A stretch of 35,846 nt of DNA from Archangium sp. (GTDB lineage: Bacteria; Myxococcota; Myxococcia; Myxococcales; Myxococcaceae), in assembly GCA_031367385.1 (NCBI GenBank), contig JANLPS010000132.1, forward strand, positions 1-35,846. Direction: 5' to 3'. Shown piece by piece: positions 26,289 through 34,371 of the stretch. Numbering within the stretch: position 1 is the first letter of the stretch; every line of letters begins with the position of its first letter. The position numbers were made by a program, and so were the translations under genes. The notes below the pieces were generated by a model. It was not told the origin of the DNA, made no database searches, and worked only from the letters and a program-made list of their open reading frames with translations.

Positions 26289-27752
26289 TTGATCGCACAC
26301 GATCGACAAAAATGCATCGCGCTGTGGCTGATTTTTTCAGCCTGCGTCGAGGTGCCTCAAAAGCCCTTGGAGGCCGGCAGATCGGCGCCTGCGGTGATCG
26401 TGATCGACGCCTTCGCGACCTCCGGAGGAGATGGATCTGCGCACGCGCCGCTCAAGGCATTTCCCCCGGTGATCGCGCCTGGAGCGCGGTTCGAAGTGCG
26501 ATCTGGGCTGTACCAGGGGCCCTTCGTTTTTCCCCGCGACGTGGTGATTGCGGCGCGTGGTGAGGTCGTTTTTCACGCCGAGGGGCTCGATGCGACGGTG
26601 GTCAACGGTGAAGGCGAGCTGACGCTCACCGGCGTCTCGATTCAAGGCGGCCTGACCGGGCTGCGTGCGCACGGCACCACGGTGCTCGAGCGAGCGCACT
26701 TTAGTGGTCAACACGGCGTCGCCATCGAAACCATGAGCACGCTCACCGTCAAAGACTCGGTGTTCAAGGGCCTGGGCTCGGAGTCGAAGGGCATCGTGGT
26801 GCACGACGCGTCGCTGGCGCTCGAGCGGGTGGCGTTCACCGGCGGCTACGGTCGCGCGATCGAGCTGGTGCACGCCTCGGCGACGATTCGTAACGCGACC
26901 TGGGAGGGCCCTCGCACGGCCCTGCACGCGGTCGACTCGACGAGCGCGGTGCTCGAGAGCACGGCGAGCGGAGGCAGCGGGCCGGCGTTCTTCGCGGCGC
27001 GCGGCACGCTGACCCTCGGCAAGGTCAAGGTCGAAGGCCATGAGTACGCAGTGCAAACCGGCTCTGGCACCACGCTCGAGGTCGACGGCTTCTGGGCCAA
27101 ACGGCCGTTGCTCGCGGCGTTCGGCCTGGTCGAGACGCAGGCGCGGTTGACGGCGATCGAGCTCGAAGCGAGCGGGAGCATGGGCGGCGTTCAGGCCATC
27201 GGGTGCGCGCTCCAGTTGACGCACTCGAAGATCTCCGACTCGCCTTCGACCGGGCTGGTATCGAGAAAGGGCACGCTGCTGCTCGATGACGTTCGAATCA
27301 CCGGCGTGCGCGCAGAGGTCGAACGAAACGGGTCGCGCTCGCTCGGAGACGCGGTGCACCTGCGCGATGTGACGGCGAGCTTGAAGAACCTCACCGTGAG
27401 CGATGTCGAAGGCTCGGCGGTGTACGTGACCGCCGGCGCGAAGGTCACCATCGAGCATCTGGTCAGCGAGCGTGCAGGCGAAGGCGCGCTGTTGGTCGAG
27501 CGCAGCTCGCAGGTCGAGGCCAGCGACGTTCAATCGACCGGCACGCTCTCACCCGCAGTGGCGGTCATCGACGGCGCTTCGTTGAAAATCGATGCGCTGA
27601 TCGTGAAGGGCAGCGAAGTACCCCTCTGGGCAGAGTGCAGCCAGCGGGTCAGCGTGACGATTCGCTCGATGCAACCGGCTCCGCAGAGTCTGAAATTGGG
27701 GCCGTGCGTGACGCTTCAACCGTCGCGTGCCGCACCAGCCAGTCGCCAATGA
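26289..27752 (+). CDS. Lipoprotein with right-handed parallel beta-helix repeats
   Basis: Lipobox-like FSAC; GDGSAHAPLK (GDGS..P motif typical of pectin-lyase-fold N-termini), GLYQG and periodic beta-strand/Gly repeats. TTG start uncertain. Confidence 0.75.
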   Translation: MIAHDRQKCIALWLIFSACVEVPQKPLEAGRSAPAVIVIDAFATSGGDGSAHAPLKAFPPVIAPGARFEVRSGLYQGPFVFPRDVVIAARGEVVFHAEGLDATVVNGEGELTLTGVSIQGGLTGLRAHGTTVLERAHFSGQHGVAIETMSTLTVKDSVFKGLGSESKGIVVHDASLALERVAFTGGYGRAIELVHASATIRNATWEGPRTALHAVDSTSAVLESTASGGSGPAFFAARGTLTLGKVKVEGHEYAVQTGSGTTLEVDGFWAKRPLLAAFGLVETQARLTAIELEASGSMGGVQAIGCALQLTHSKISDSPSTGLVSRKGTLLLDDVRITGVRAEVERNGSRSLGDAVHLRDVTASLKNLTVSDVEGSAVYVTAGAKVTIEHLVSERAGEGALLVERSSQVEASDVQSTGTLSPAVAVIDGASLKIDALIVKGSEVPLWAECSQRVSVTIRSMQPAPQSLKLGPCVTLQPSRAAPASRQ

Positions 27753-28779
27753 CCGGGTAGACTTCGGTGTGGGCGAGGCGGCCGATGACCAGGTCTCCGT
27801 GGCCGTAGTCTTCGACCTGGCCGAAGGCTTTGCCAAACGGTGCGAACTGTTTGTCGTGGGTGGTCAAGAGCTCGAAGTACTCGCGAGAGACGGTCAAGGG
27901 GGCCAGGCCGTCGACGCTGCCGGCGACGACGAGAATGGGCACCTGCAGCGCGGCGAGCTGAGCGCGGTAATCGATCTTGCCGTCGCGGCTTCGAAAGGTG
28001 TTCGACCGAACCCAGTCTTCGAGTTGCCAGAGCACGCCCCGCCAGAGCGGAGCGGTACCGTTGGCGAGCAGTGCGCGCTGGCTCGCGGCATCGATGTTCT
28101 TGAGGTTCGCGCTGACCGAGATCACCTTTTCGCCGATGTTGATTCGAGCGGCGAACGGCGCGAGCACCCGAGCCATGAAATCGGTGGGGAAGAGGCCCGC
28201 TGGCGAGAGCCACTGACCTACTTTGAGCAGCCAGCCATACGCGTTCTGCAGCTTGAAAAAAACCGGCGAGCCAATGGTGCAGATGCCGACGATCTTCGGG
28301 CTCACCGCCGCCGAGGCCAACCCGAGCAGACCTCCGAGTGAATGGCCGACCCAGAGCACCCGCTCTTTCTTCGAGTGGGCATACACCGCCTCGAGAATCG
28401 CGGGGATGTCGGCGCGCACGATGTCGTCGAAGTCGGCGTCATTGAGCCAATCGGGGGGCACGCTGTGGGCGTCTCCGCGGTGGCCGACCGAATAGGTGTC
28501 GAACCCCAAATTCGTGAGGAACTGCGCGACGTTCTGAGGCGGGAGGAACTCGAGAAACGAGAAGTTGTTGGCGATGCCGTGGCACAGCACGACTGGCTCG
28601 GCGAAGCGCCGGGTGGGGGCGGCGCGGTGGTAGGCGTGAATCGTCCACCCGTCGGCAGTGAAGACCTCGATGGCGGTGGGCTGATCGGCGCCCAATGCGT
28701 AGCGCTCTTGCCAGAAACCCACCCAGAGCAGGAGGGCTCCAGCTATGACGCAAATCGTGATCAGCCCCAGCGCGCTCAT
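27649..28779 (-). CDS. Alpha/beta-fold hydrolase with N-terminal membrane anchor
   Basis: VVLCHG, nucleophile elbow GHSLGG, AGSVD, DYGHGDL. Start ATG 28779. Confidence 0.9.
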   Translation of the reverse strand: MSALGLITICVIAGALLLWVGFWQERYALGADQPTAIEVFTADGWTIHAYHRAAPTRRFAEPVVLCHGIANNFSFLEFLPPQNVAQFLTNLGFDTYSVGHRGDAHSVPPDWLNDADFDDIVRADIPAILEAVYAHSKKERVLWVGHSLGGLLGLASAAVSPKIVGICTIGSPVFFKLQNAYGWLLKVGQWLSPAGLFPTDFMARVLAPFAARINIGEKVISVSANLKNIDAASQRALLANGTAPLWRGVLWQLEDWVRSNTFRSRDGKIDYRAQLAALQVPILVVAGSVDGLAPLTVSREYFELLTTHDKQFAPFGKAFGQVEDYGHGDLVIGRLAHTEVYPVIGDWLVRHATVEASRTAPISDSAEPVASSESSR

Positions 28780-28806
28780 GAGACCCGTTGGTAAGGTGCC
28801 GCGAGC

Positions 28807-29637
28807 ATGAAGCTTCGCGACCTGATGTTCGTCTTGCCGAACCTCTTCACGGTCTCCTCGATCTTCTGCGGCTTTTACGCCATTGCGTTGTGCAGTGGTG
28901 AAGCGGGCCCGACGCAACTCTACCAGGCCGCGCTGGCAATCTTCTTCGGCATTTTCTTCGACGGCTTCGACGGGCGCGTGGCGCGGCTGACCAAGACGCA
29001 GAGCATGTTCGGGCAAGAGCTCGACTCGCTGGCCGACGTGATCTCGTTCGGCGTGGCGCCGGGCATTCTCGTCTACAAGTGGGCGCTGCAGGGGCTTGGC
29101 TTCATCGGCTTGTTCGCGGCGTTCACGTTCGCGGCGTGCGGGGCGCTGCGGTTGGCGCGGTTCAACGTGCTGGCGATCAAGTCTCCGCATGGCGGCGCGT
29201 CGCGGTTCTTCGTCGGCATGCCGATACCGTTCGCGGCCTGCGGGGTCATCTCGATGATCATCGCGTTTCAGAACGCGCGGGGCGGCACCCTGCCCGAGGG
29301 CGCGCGGTGGCCGGTGTTCGGCGTGGTCTTGTTTCTCGCCGCGTTGATGGTGTCAACGGTTCGCTACCGCACCTTCAAAGACGTGCGGCTGTCGAAGAAA
29401 TCAGCGGCGCTGTTGATGTTCATCTTGGCCGGCGGCGTGATCATCGCGACCCAGATTCACCCGGCCTGGGTGCTCGTCGCGTACTTCGGGCTGTACATGG
29501 TGTCGGGGCTCATCGAATCGGTGTTCTTGCTGCGCCGGTACCTGAGCGACAAGAAGGCCGCGGCGCTGGCCTCGGTGCTCGACGATGACGATGAAGAAGA
29601 GAGCGCTGACGACGTCGACGAGCAAGAAGTGCTCTGA
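28807..29637 (+). CDS. pssA: CDP-diacylglycerol--serine O-phosphatidyltransferase
   Basis: LPNLFT, DGFDGRVAR..G.ELDSLADVISFGVAP, LRLARFN, FFVGMPIP, LMVS. Confidence 0.95.
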   Translation: MKLRDLMFVLPNLFTVSSIFCGFYAIALCSGEAGPTQLYQAALAIFFGIFFDGFDGRVARLTKTQSMFGQELDSLADVISFGVAPGILVYKWALQGLGFIGLFAAFTFAACGALRLARFNVLAIKSPHGGASRFFVGMPIPFAACGVISMIIAFQNARGGTLPEGARWPVFGVVLFLAALMVSTVRYRTFKDVRLSKKSAALLMFILAGGVIIATQIHPAWVLVAYFGLYMVSGLIESVFLLRRYLSDKKAAALASVLDDDDEEESADDVDEQEVL

Positions 29638-29797
29638 AAGTGCGTTCGCGCTGCCTGGTCTGAGCCAAGTCGAAAGACCCACCCCGTTCATGTCGGCGGT
29701 GTCGATTTGGGCTCGACGCTCGAGCGGCCGAGCAACAAATGTTCGAATTGGTCGATACCCCCAACATCAGAATGCCGACGTACCCCCTGGAGAAGTC

Positions 29798-30259
29798 ATG
29801 ACACTGCGTATTGGCTTGGTGAGAGGCTTGGCCGCGCCGCGTTACGGGCTGAGTGGGCTGCCCAGCACCCCGGCTCAAATGCAGATGTTGCGCACGGTCA
29901 CTGATTTTCTGTTCGTCAATGGCAGGCTCGAGAAGCAGGCAGACGCATTCATGGCGGTACTTTCGAAGGGCGCCTTTCAAGACGTCGAGGCAGCGCACCG
30001 GCCGGCTGGCCGAACCGGCAGTCTGCTTGAGTTGCTGGGCGAGATGGAGGGCAAGGCCCTCGTCACCCGCTCCGAGAGTGACGTGAAGGTCTCCCAGCGC
30101 TTTGCGCGAGGGGACTATGCGCTCACTTTCCCTGTCAGGCTCGGGGGGCTGGTGGTTGAAGAAGGGCGCGACCTGGTTCGAGGAGGTGCGGTGAGTGGTG
30201 CGCCCCAAGAAGTCTTCAACTACGCCTCTCTTTTGCGCTCTTTGAGCCCATCGGACTGA
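29798..30259 (+). CDS. Hypothetical protein (153 aa)
   Basis: GGAGA RBS before ATG 29798; no signal peptide and no recognised motif. Confidence 0.55.
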   Translation: MTLRIGLVRGLAAPRYGLSGLPSTPAQMQMLRTVTDFLFVNGRLEKQADAFMAVLSKGAFQDVEAAHRPAGRTGSLLELLGEMEGKALVTRSESDVKVSQRFARGDYALTFPVRLGGLVVEEGRDLVRGGAVSGAPQEVFNYASLLRSLSPSD

Positions 30260-32400
30260 TGACTTCGCTTGTTGCGCCGGGCGGAGAGCATCAACGCGGC
30301 GACCCACGCGCCCAAAGACCCTGAAGCTGAGGTGCAATTGCCGCAACGGCCTATTGCTGAAGTTGGGCTCACACCGTCGTCATGCGCTACACCAGCGTCG
30401 TATCCGAGCGTCCCTGCATCGTCGAGTACGCACTCAGCCGGCGACTCGGAGACCCGAACGGTTCCTCCTGCGCGCCATTGACCACCGTCGTAGGCGAGAG
30501 GACCAAATTCAAGTGCGGGGGCACCCCGTTCTTGTGCTCCCAGATCAGGCCCCGCACCTTCGAATGCATCATTGAAGCCCGCCACTCGGCGGCCAACGTC
30601 GAGGCCTGGGTCGTTGGCTGCCAACGCCCAGCCGTGAAGCAAATCAAATGACGGGCGCCCCCACACCGCGTGTGCCTCGAGCAGCAAGGGCGACGCGCCT
30701 GCGTCGAGGTCGCCAAGCGGTTTGACGAATACCCGTTGTCTGCCATTGAGATAGTCAAAGTCCCAGTCGCCGACCTCGATGATGGGAGCGTTCGAGTAGG
30801 TAGCCGTCACGATGAGGTCGTTGCGGGTGGTTTGAACGATGTTATTTCGCGTGAAGACGCGGCCGACATCTTGAGCACCCCCACCACTTGAGATCCACCC
30901 TGCTCCCTCGCCCGCGTCGGCAAGCCAGCCCACGGTGTTGTGAACGACGAAGAGCCTTCCTGATTGTCCGACGTCTCCGGTGATGCATGGGGGGCTGAAG
31001 CTGCCGCCAGGCAGGCAGTCAACCCTCGCGACGGTACCCGTTTTGAGAAACGATTCAGTATGTCTGCGATTGGCCGGGTCGACGAGTGGGCCCACGAAAT
31101 TCGGCATGCCTGGTTCGACGATGTTGCGAAAGGCGTAGGCCGGCCCCACGCTGTTTGAAGCAAATGACATCGCGACGTAGGCGTTGCTGACGGTGTTGCC
31201 GAATACGCGCGTGTTGCGGTTGGCGCCGTCGATTTCGAGCGCATCATCACAAGCGCCCTCGATGCGGTTTCCGTAAATGTCAGAATCGTAGGCAAAGGTA
31301 CCCAGCCAGCTGAAATTTTCTCCTCCGCTCACGCCGTCCATAAAGCAGCGCGCGGGGTTGCGTGAGATAATGTCGTTGTAGCGTATGACGTGATTGCCCC
31401 CGCAACTGCTGAGCGTGATGCCATTGGTGCCTCTGGGGTGGCGGCCGGTGTGCCACCACTGGCCTGCGCCACAACCGGGGTCATGAATGGTGTTGCGCTG
31501 CACGACAATACGGTCATGCTCGTGTTGCCACTTCGTCGTAAAGCTGGTTGGCGATTCGTAGCAGTGAACTGCCGCCGCTTCATTGCCTTGAAGGTAGTCG
31601 CAGTACCCAAGCTGTTGAAACGTGTACGCCTGAAAACCGCCATCGGTGACATTGCGAAGGTATTCGACGTAGCGATAGCCGCCGTCAGCAAGATAATCGT
31701 ATTTGGGGTTCGTGTACTTCGAGTCGTCATGCAGCGCGCCCCAGCCAGAAATATCGTTGCCTTCAATGATGACGTCGTGGGCGCCGTCGTGGGCGCCGTC
31801 GCCGAGGCGAATGGCATCAGAGCGGCCGCCCCGTAAGGTGAAGCCGCGAATGATGACGTGGTCGGTTCGAACCTCGATGGCTGAGGGTGCCGTCATGCCC
31901 ACGTCGATGGTGCCGCCGACGTACAGCGCGTAGCCACCATCGGTGCCACCAGCGGTGATGAGAAGCTGGGTTGAGCTCGTGCTGGCCGCGATCGTCGTGC
32001 TCGAGAGTGCAAAGGTATCAGACCAAGTGGTTGCCTCGAGCTGTTGAAGCGATGCGCATTGACCATCGAGCCAGAGTTGAATCTCGTAGGTGGTGCCCGA
32101 CGCGAGACTCAGCAACGAACCGCGGTATTCAGCCGCCGGCCGCTCCGCTGGAGTACCCCTCGCCACGGCGCGTGGGTCGAACCACATGTCACCCGCGACA
32201 AACCATCGGGCCGTACCCTTGGGCCGAAATCGAATGTGCGCTGCGATGGCAGCCGAGCCTCCTGAATTGCTCCACATCAGGCCCAGCGATTCGAAGGTTG
32301 GTACAGCCACCACCTCAGCGGCCAAGACAGGTTTGGAAACGCAGAGGCTCGCGAGCGCCGCCACTGCAAGAGCGCGAACGCCAATGAATAAAATTCGCAT
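30220..32400 (-). CDS. Secreted beta-helix (pectin-lyase-fold) protein with MYXO-CTERM-like tail
   Basis: Signal peptide; Fn3-like N-domain (PTFESLGLMW..YRGSLLSLASGTTYEIQL); repeats IIEGNDI, VVQRNTI, VIRYNDI, IYGNRIEGACDDALEIDG; GAGPDLGAQE; tail GRCGNCTSASGSLGAWVAALMLSARRNKR. Confidence 0.85.
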   Translation of the reverse strand: MRILFIGVRALAVAALASLCVSKPVLAAEVVAVPTFESLGLMWSNSGGSAAIAAHIRFRPKGTARWFVAGDMWFDPRAVARGTPAERPAAEYRGSLLSLASGTTYEIQLWLDGQCASLQQLEATTWSDTFALSSTTIAASTSSTQLLITAGGTDGGYALYVGGTIDVGMTAPSAIEVRTDHVIIRGFTLRGGRSDAIRLGDGAHDGAHDVIIEGNDISGWGALHDDSKYTNPKYDYLADGGYRYVEYLRNVTDGGFQAYTFQQLGYCDYLQGNEAAAVHCYESPTSFTTKWQHEHDRIVVQRNTIHDPGCGAGQWWHTGRHPRGTNGITLSSCGGNHVIRYNDIISRNPARCFMDGVSGGENFSWLGTFAYDSDIYGNRIEGACDDALEIDGANRNTRVFGNTVSNAYVAMSFASNSVGPAYAFRNIVEPGMPNFVGPLVDPANRRHTESFLKTGTVARVDCLPGGSFSPPCITGDVGQSGRLFVVHNTVGWLADAGEGAGWISSGGGAQDVGRVFTRNNIVQTTRNDLIVTATYSNAPIIEVGDWDFDYLNGRQRVFVKPLGDLDAGASPLLLEAHAVWGRPSFDLLHGWALAANDPGLDVGRRVAGFNDAFEGAGPDLGAQERGAPALEFGPLAYDGGQWRAGGTVRVSESPAECVLDDAGTLGYDAGVAHDDGVSPTSAIGRCGNCTSASGSLGAWVAALMLSARRNKRSHQSDGLKERKREA

Positions 32401-32488
32401 TCGAGCCTCAGTTCAGCTGCCATGACATCGAGAACAATTCATGTCGCGTACTGGCCCGAAGGTCGCTACCGTAGGTCGGGTGTGGCTC

Positions 32489-32728
32489 ATGCTCAAGCTG
32501 TGCGCATTTTTCGGCGCGATTCTCTTAAGCGGCTGCCTGGGTGACTGCCGGCCGACGGTCGCCTGCGCCTCCAAAACGGATGAATGCGCGACACAAGTGT
32601 TTGGCGACCCTTGCCCCGCTGAAGGCTCGCAATGCAATCAATGCACGGACGGCGGCACCAAGCGGTGGCTCCATTGCGGCGTCAGCGTTGACGGAGGGCG
32701 AGTCTGGGGGCCAGTCACCTGTCAGTAG
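32489..32728 (+). CDS. Small Cys-rich lipoprotein (79 aa)
   Basis: MLKLCAFFGAILLSGC lipobox and 8 Cys in the mature part. Confidence 0.78.
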   Translation: MLKLCAFFGAILLSGCLGDCRPTVACASKTDECATQVFGDPCPAEGSQCNQCTDGGTKRWLHCGVSVDGGRVWGPVTCQ

Positions 32729-33123
32729 TCACGACCCGTGGCTGAAACACTCAGTACAACCCGGTTCGCCGCGTACCGCAACAGCGCTAGCGACGTCTTC
32801 CCGACCACCGCTGGCGTGCGATCGGCCTCGAGCCCGGTTCATCACGCCATCTTGTTCTGACGTCGTGGCCGCGCTGGGGTTTCTCCAAATCGACGATCTG
32901 CGCGCCATCAGCCGTGAACACCCTCGTTGTCAGGCTTGTCTGCGTACAATTTCACGCCGGCATCAATCACTTCATTGAGCGACGCAATCACCCCGGCCGG
33001 AGTCGCCGAGAAAGCGCCGTCAATCTTCGCCGCATTCTCTTTCGCAAACGCCTTGTTCGAGCCCGATTCTCGAGGGAGAAGAATTCGAGAACACCGTGAC
33101 AGCGGTGAGATAGATGTCGCACC

Positions 33124-34362
33124 GTGCGCGTCGAGACGATTTGCACTGGCGATGAGCTGCTCACCGGTCTGACGGCCGATACGAACAGCCCTTTTTTTCA
33201 GGCCTTGTTGCTCGAGCAGTGCGCGCTGCAGGTTCAGCGCTCGGTCACCGTGCCCGACGTGCGCGAAGACATCATCGAGGCGCTCAACGCCGCGGCGAGC
33301 CGATGCGACGCGGTGCTGGTCAGTGGAGGCCTGGGCCCGACCGCCGATGATCTCACCGCGGAGTGCGCCGCCGAAGCCGCGGGCGTCGAGCTCATCGAAG
33401 ACCAACGCGTGCTGAGGCACCTCGAAGAGCGTTACGCCAAGCGCAACTTCAAGTTGACCCCCAACAACAAGCGACAAGCCCGGGTGCCCGCGGGCGCCGA
33501 GGTCGAGCTCAACGCCGAGGGCTCAGCACCGCTCTTCATTCAGAAACGCGGCAAGTGCACCCTGTTCTTCGTGCCTGGCGTGCCCCGCGAGTACCGGCAC
33601 CTGGTCGAGACCCATGTGGTGCCCCGCATCCTCACCCTGTCCGGTGGCCCGAGGGCCTTCAACGCCCTGCGGGTGCTCAAGACCCTCGGCGTCGCGGAGT
33701 CGCATCTCGACGCGTTGGTGCGCCCGTTGTTCGAGGCGCACCCGTTGGTGACCTTCGGGTTTCGAACCCACGCGCCTGAGAACCACCTCAAGCTGATGGG
33801 CACCGCCCCGACGTTGGCAGAGGCCGAAGCCGCGGTCGCAGCGGCCGAGCGCGACAGCAGGGCGGTGCTCGGGGCCTTCGTGTTCGGTACCGGTGGTGAT
33901 TCGATCTCGAGCGTTGTGCTCGCTGCGCTGCGGGCCGCCCACGCCACGCTGGCCGTCGCCGAGAGCTGCACCGGCGGGCTGATCAGCAGCGCCTTCACAA
34001 GGGTGCCAGGCGCCAGCGACGTGTTGCTCGGAGGCGCCGCCACTTACAGCGAGGCCACCAAGACGCTGTGGGCGCAGGTCTCACCTGCGACGATTCGAAA
34101 GCACGGAGCGGTCGGTGAAGCGGTGGCTCGAGAGATGGCGACCGGCATTCGCCGCGCGACCGGGGCGACCTGGGGCTTGTCGGTGACTGGGTACGCTGGC
34201 CCGACCGGCGGCGACGCGCAGAACCCGGTGGGCACCGTCTATCTCGCCGTCTCGCGCGCAGAGCTCGAGCGGGTCGAACGCCACACTTTCTTCGGAGATC
34301 GAGATCGGGTGCGAGCCTTCGCCGCCTCGACCGCGATCGACTTTCTGCGACGCACGCTTTGA
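33124..34362 (+). CDS. cinA: CinA-family protein (MoCF-like domain + NMN deamidase PncC domain)
   Basis: TGDELLTG..DTN, SGGLGPTADDLT, PGVPRE, AVAESCTGG, SVTGYAGPTGG, PVGTVY. Confidence 0.95.
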   Translation: MRVETICTGDELLTGLTADTNSPFFQALLLEQCALQVQRSVTVPDVREDIIEALNAAASRCDAVLVSGGLGPTADDLTAECAAEAAGVELIEDQRVLRHLEERYAKRNFKLTPNNKRQARVPAGAEVELNAEGSAPLFIQKRGKCTLFFVPGVPREYRHLVETHVVPRILTLSGGPRAFNALRVLKTLGVAESHLDALVRPLFEAHPLVTFGFRTHAPENHLKLMGTAPTLAEAEAAVAAAERDSRAVLGAFVFGTGGDSISSVVLAALRAAHATLAVAESCTGGLISSAFTRVPGASDVLLGGAATYSEATKTLWAQVSPATIRKHGAVGEAVAREMATGIRRATGATWGLSVTGYAGPTGGDAQNPVGTVYLAVSRAELERVERHTFFGDRDRVRAFAASTAIDFLRRTL

Positions 34363-34371
34363 GGACTGTTC

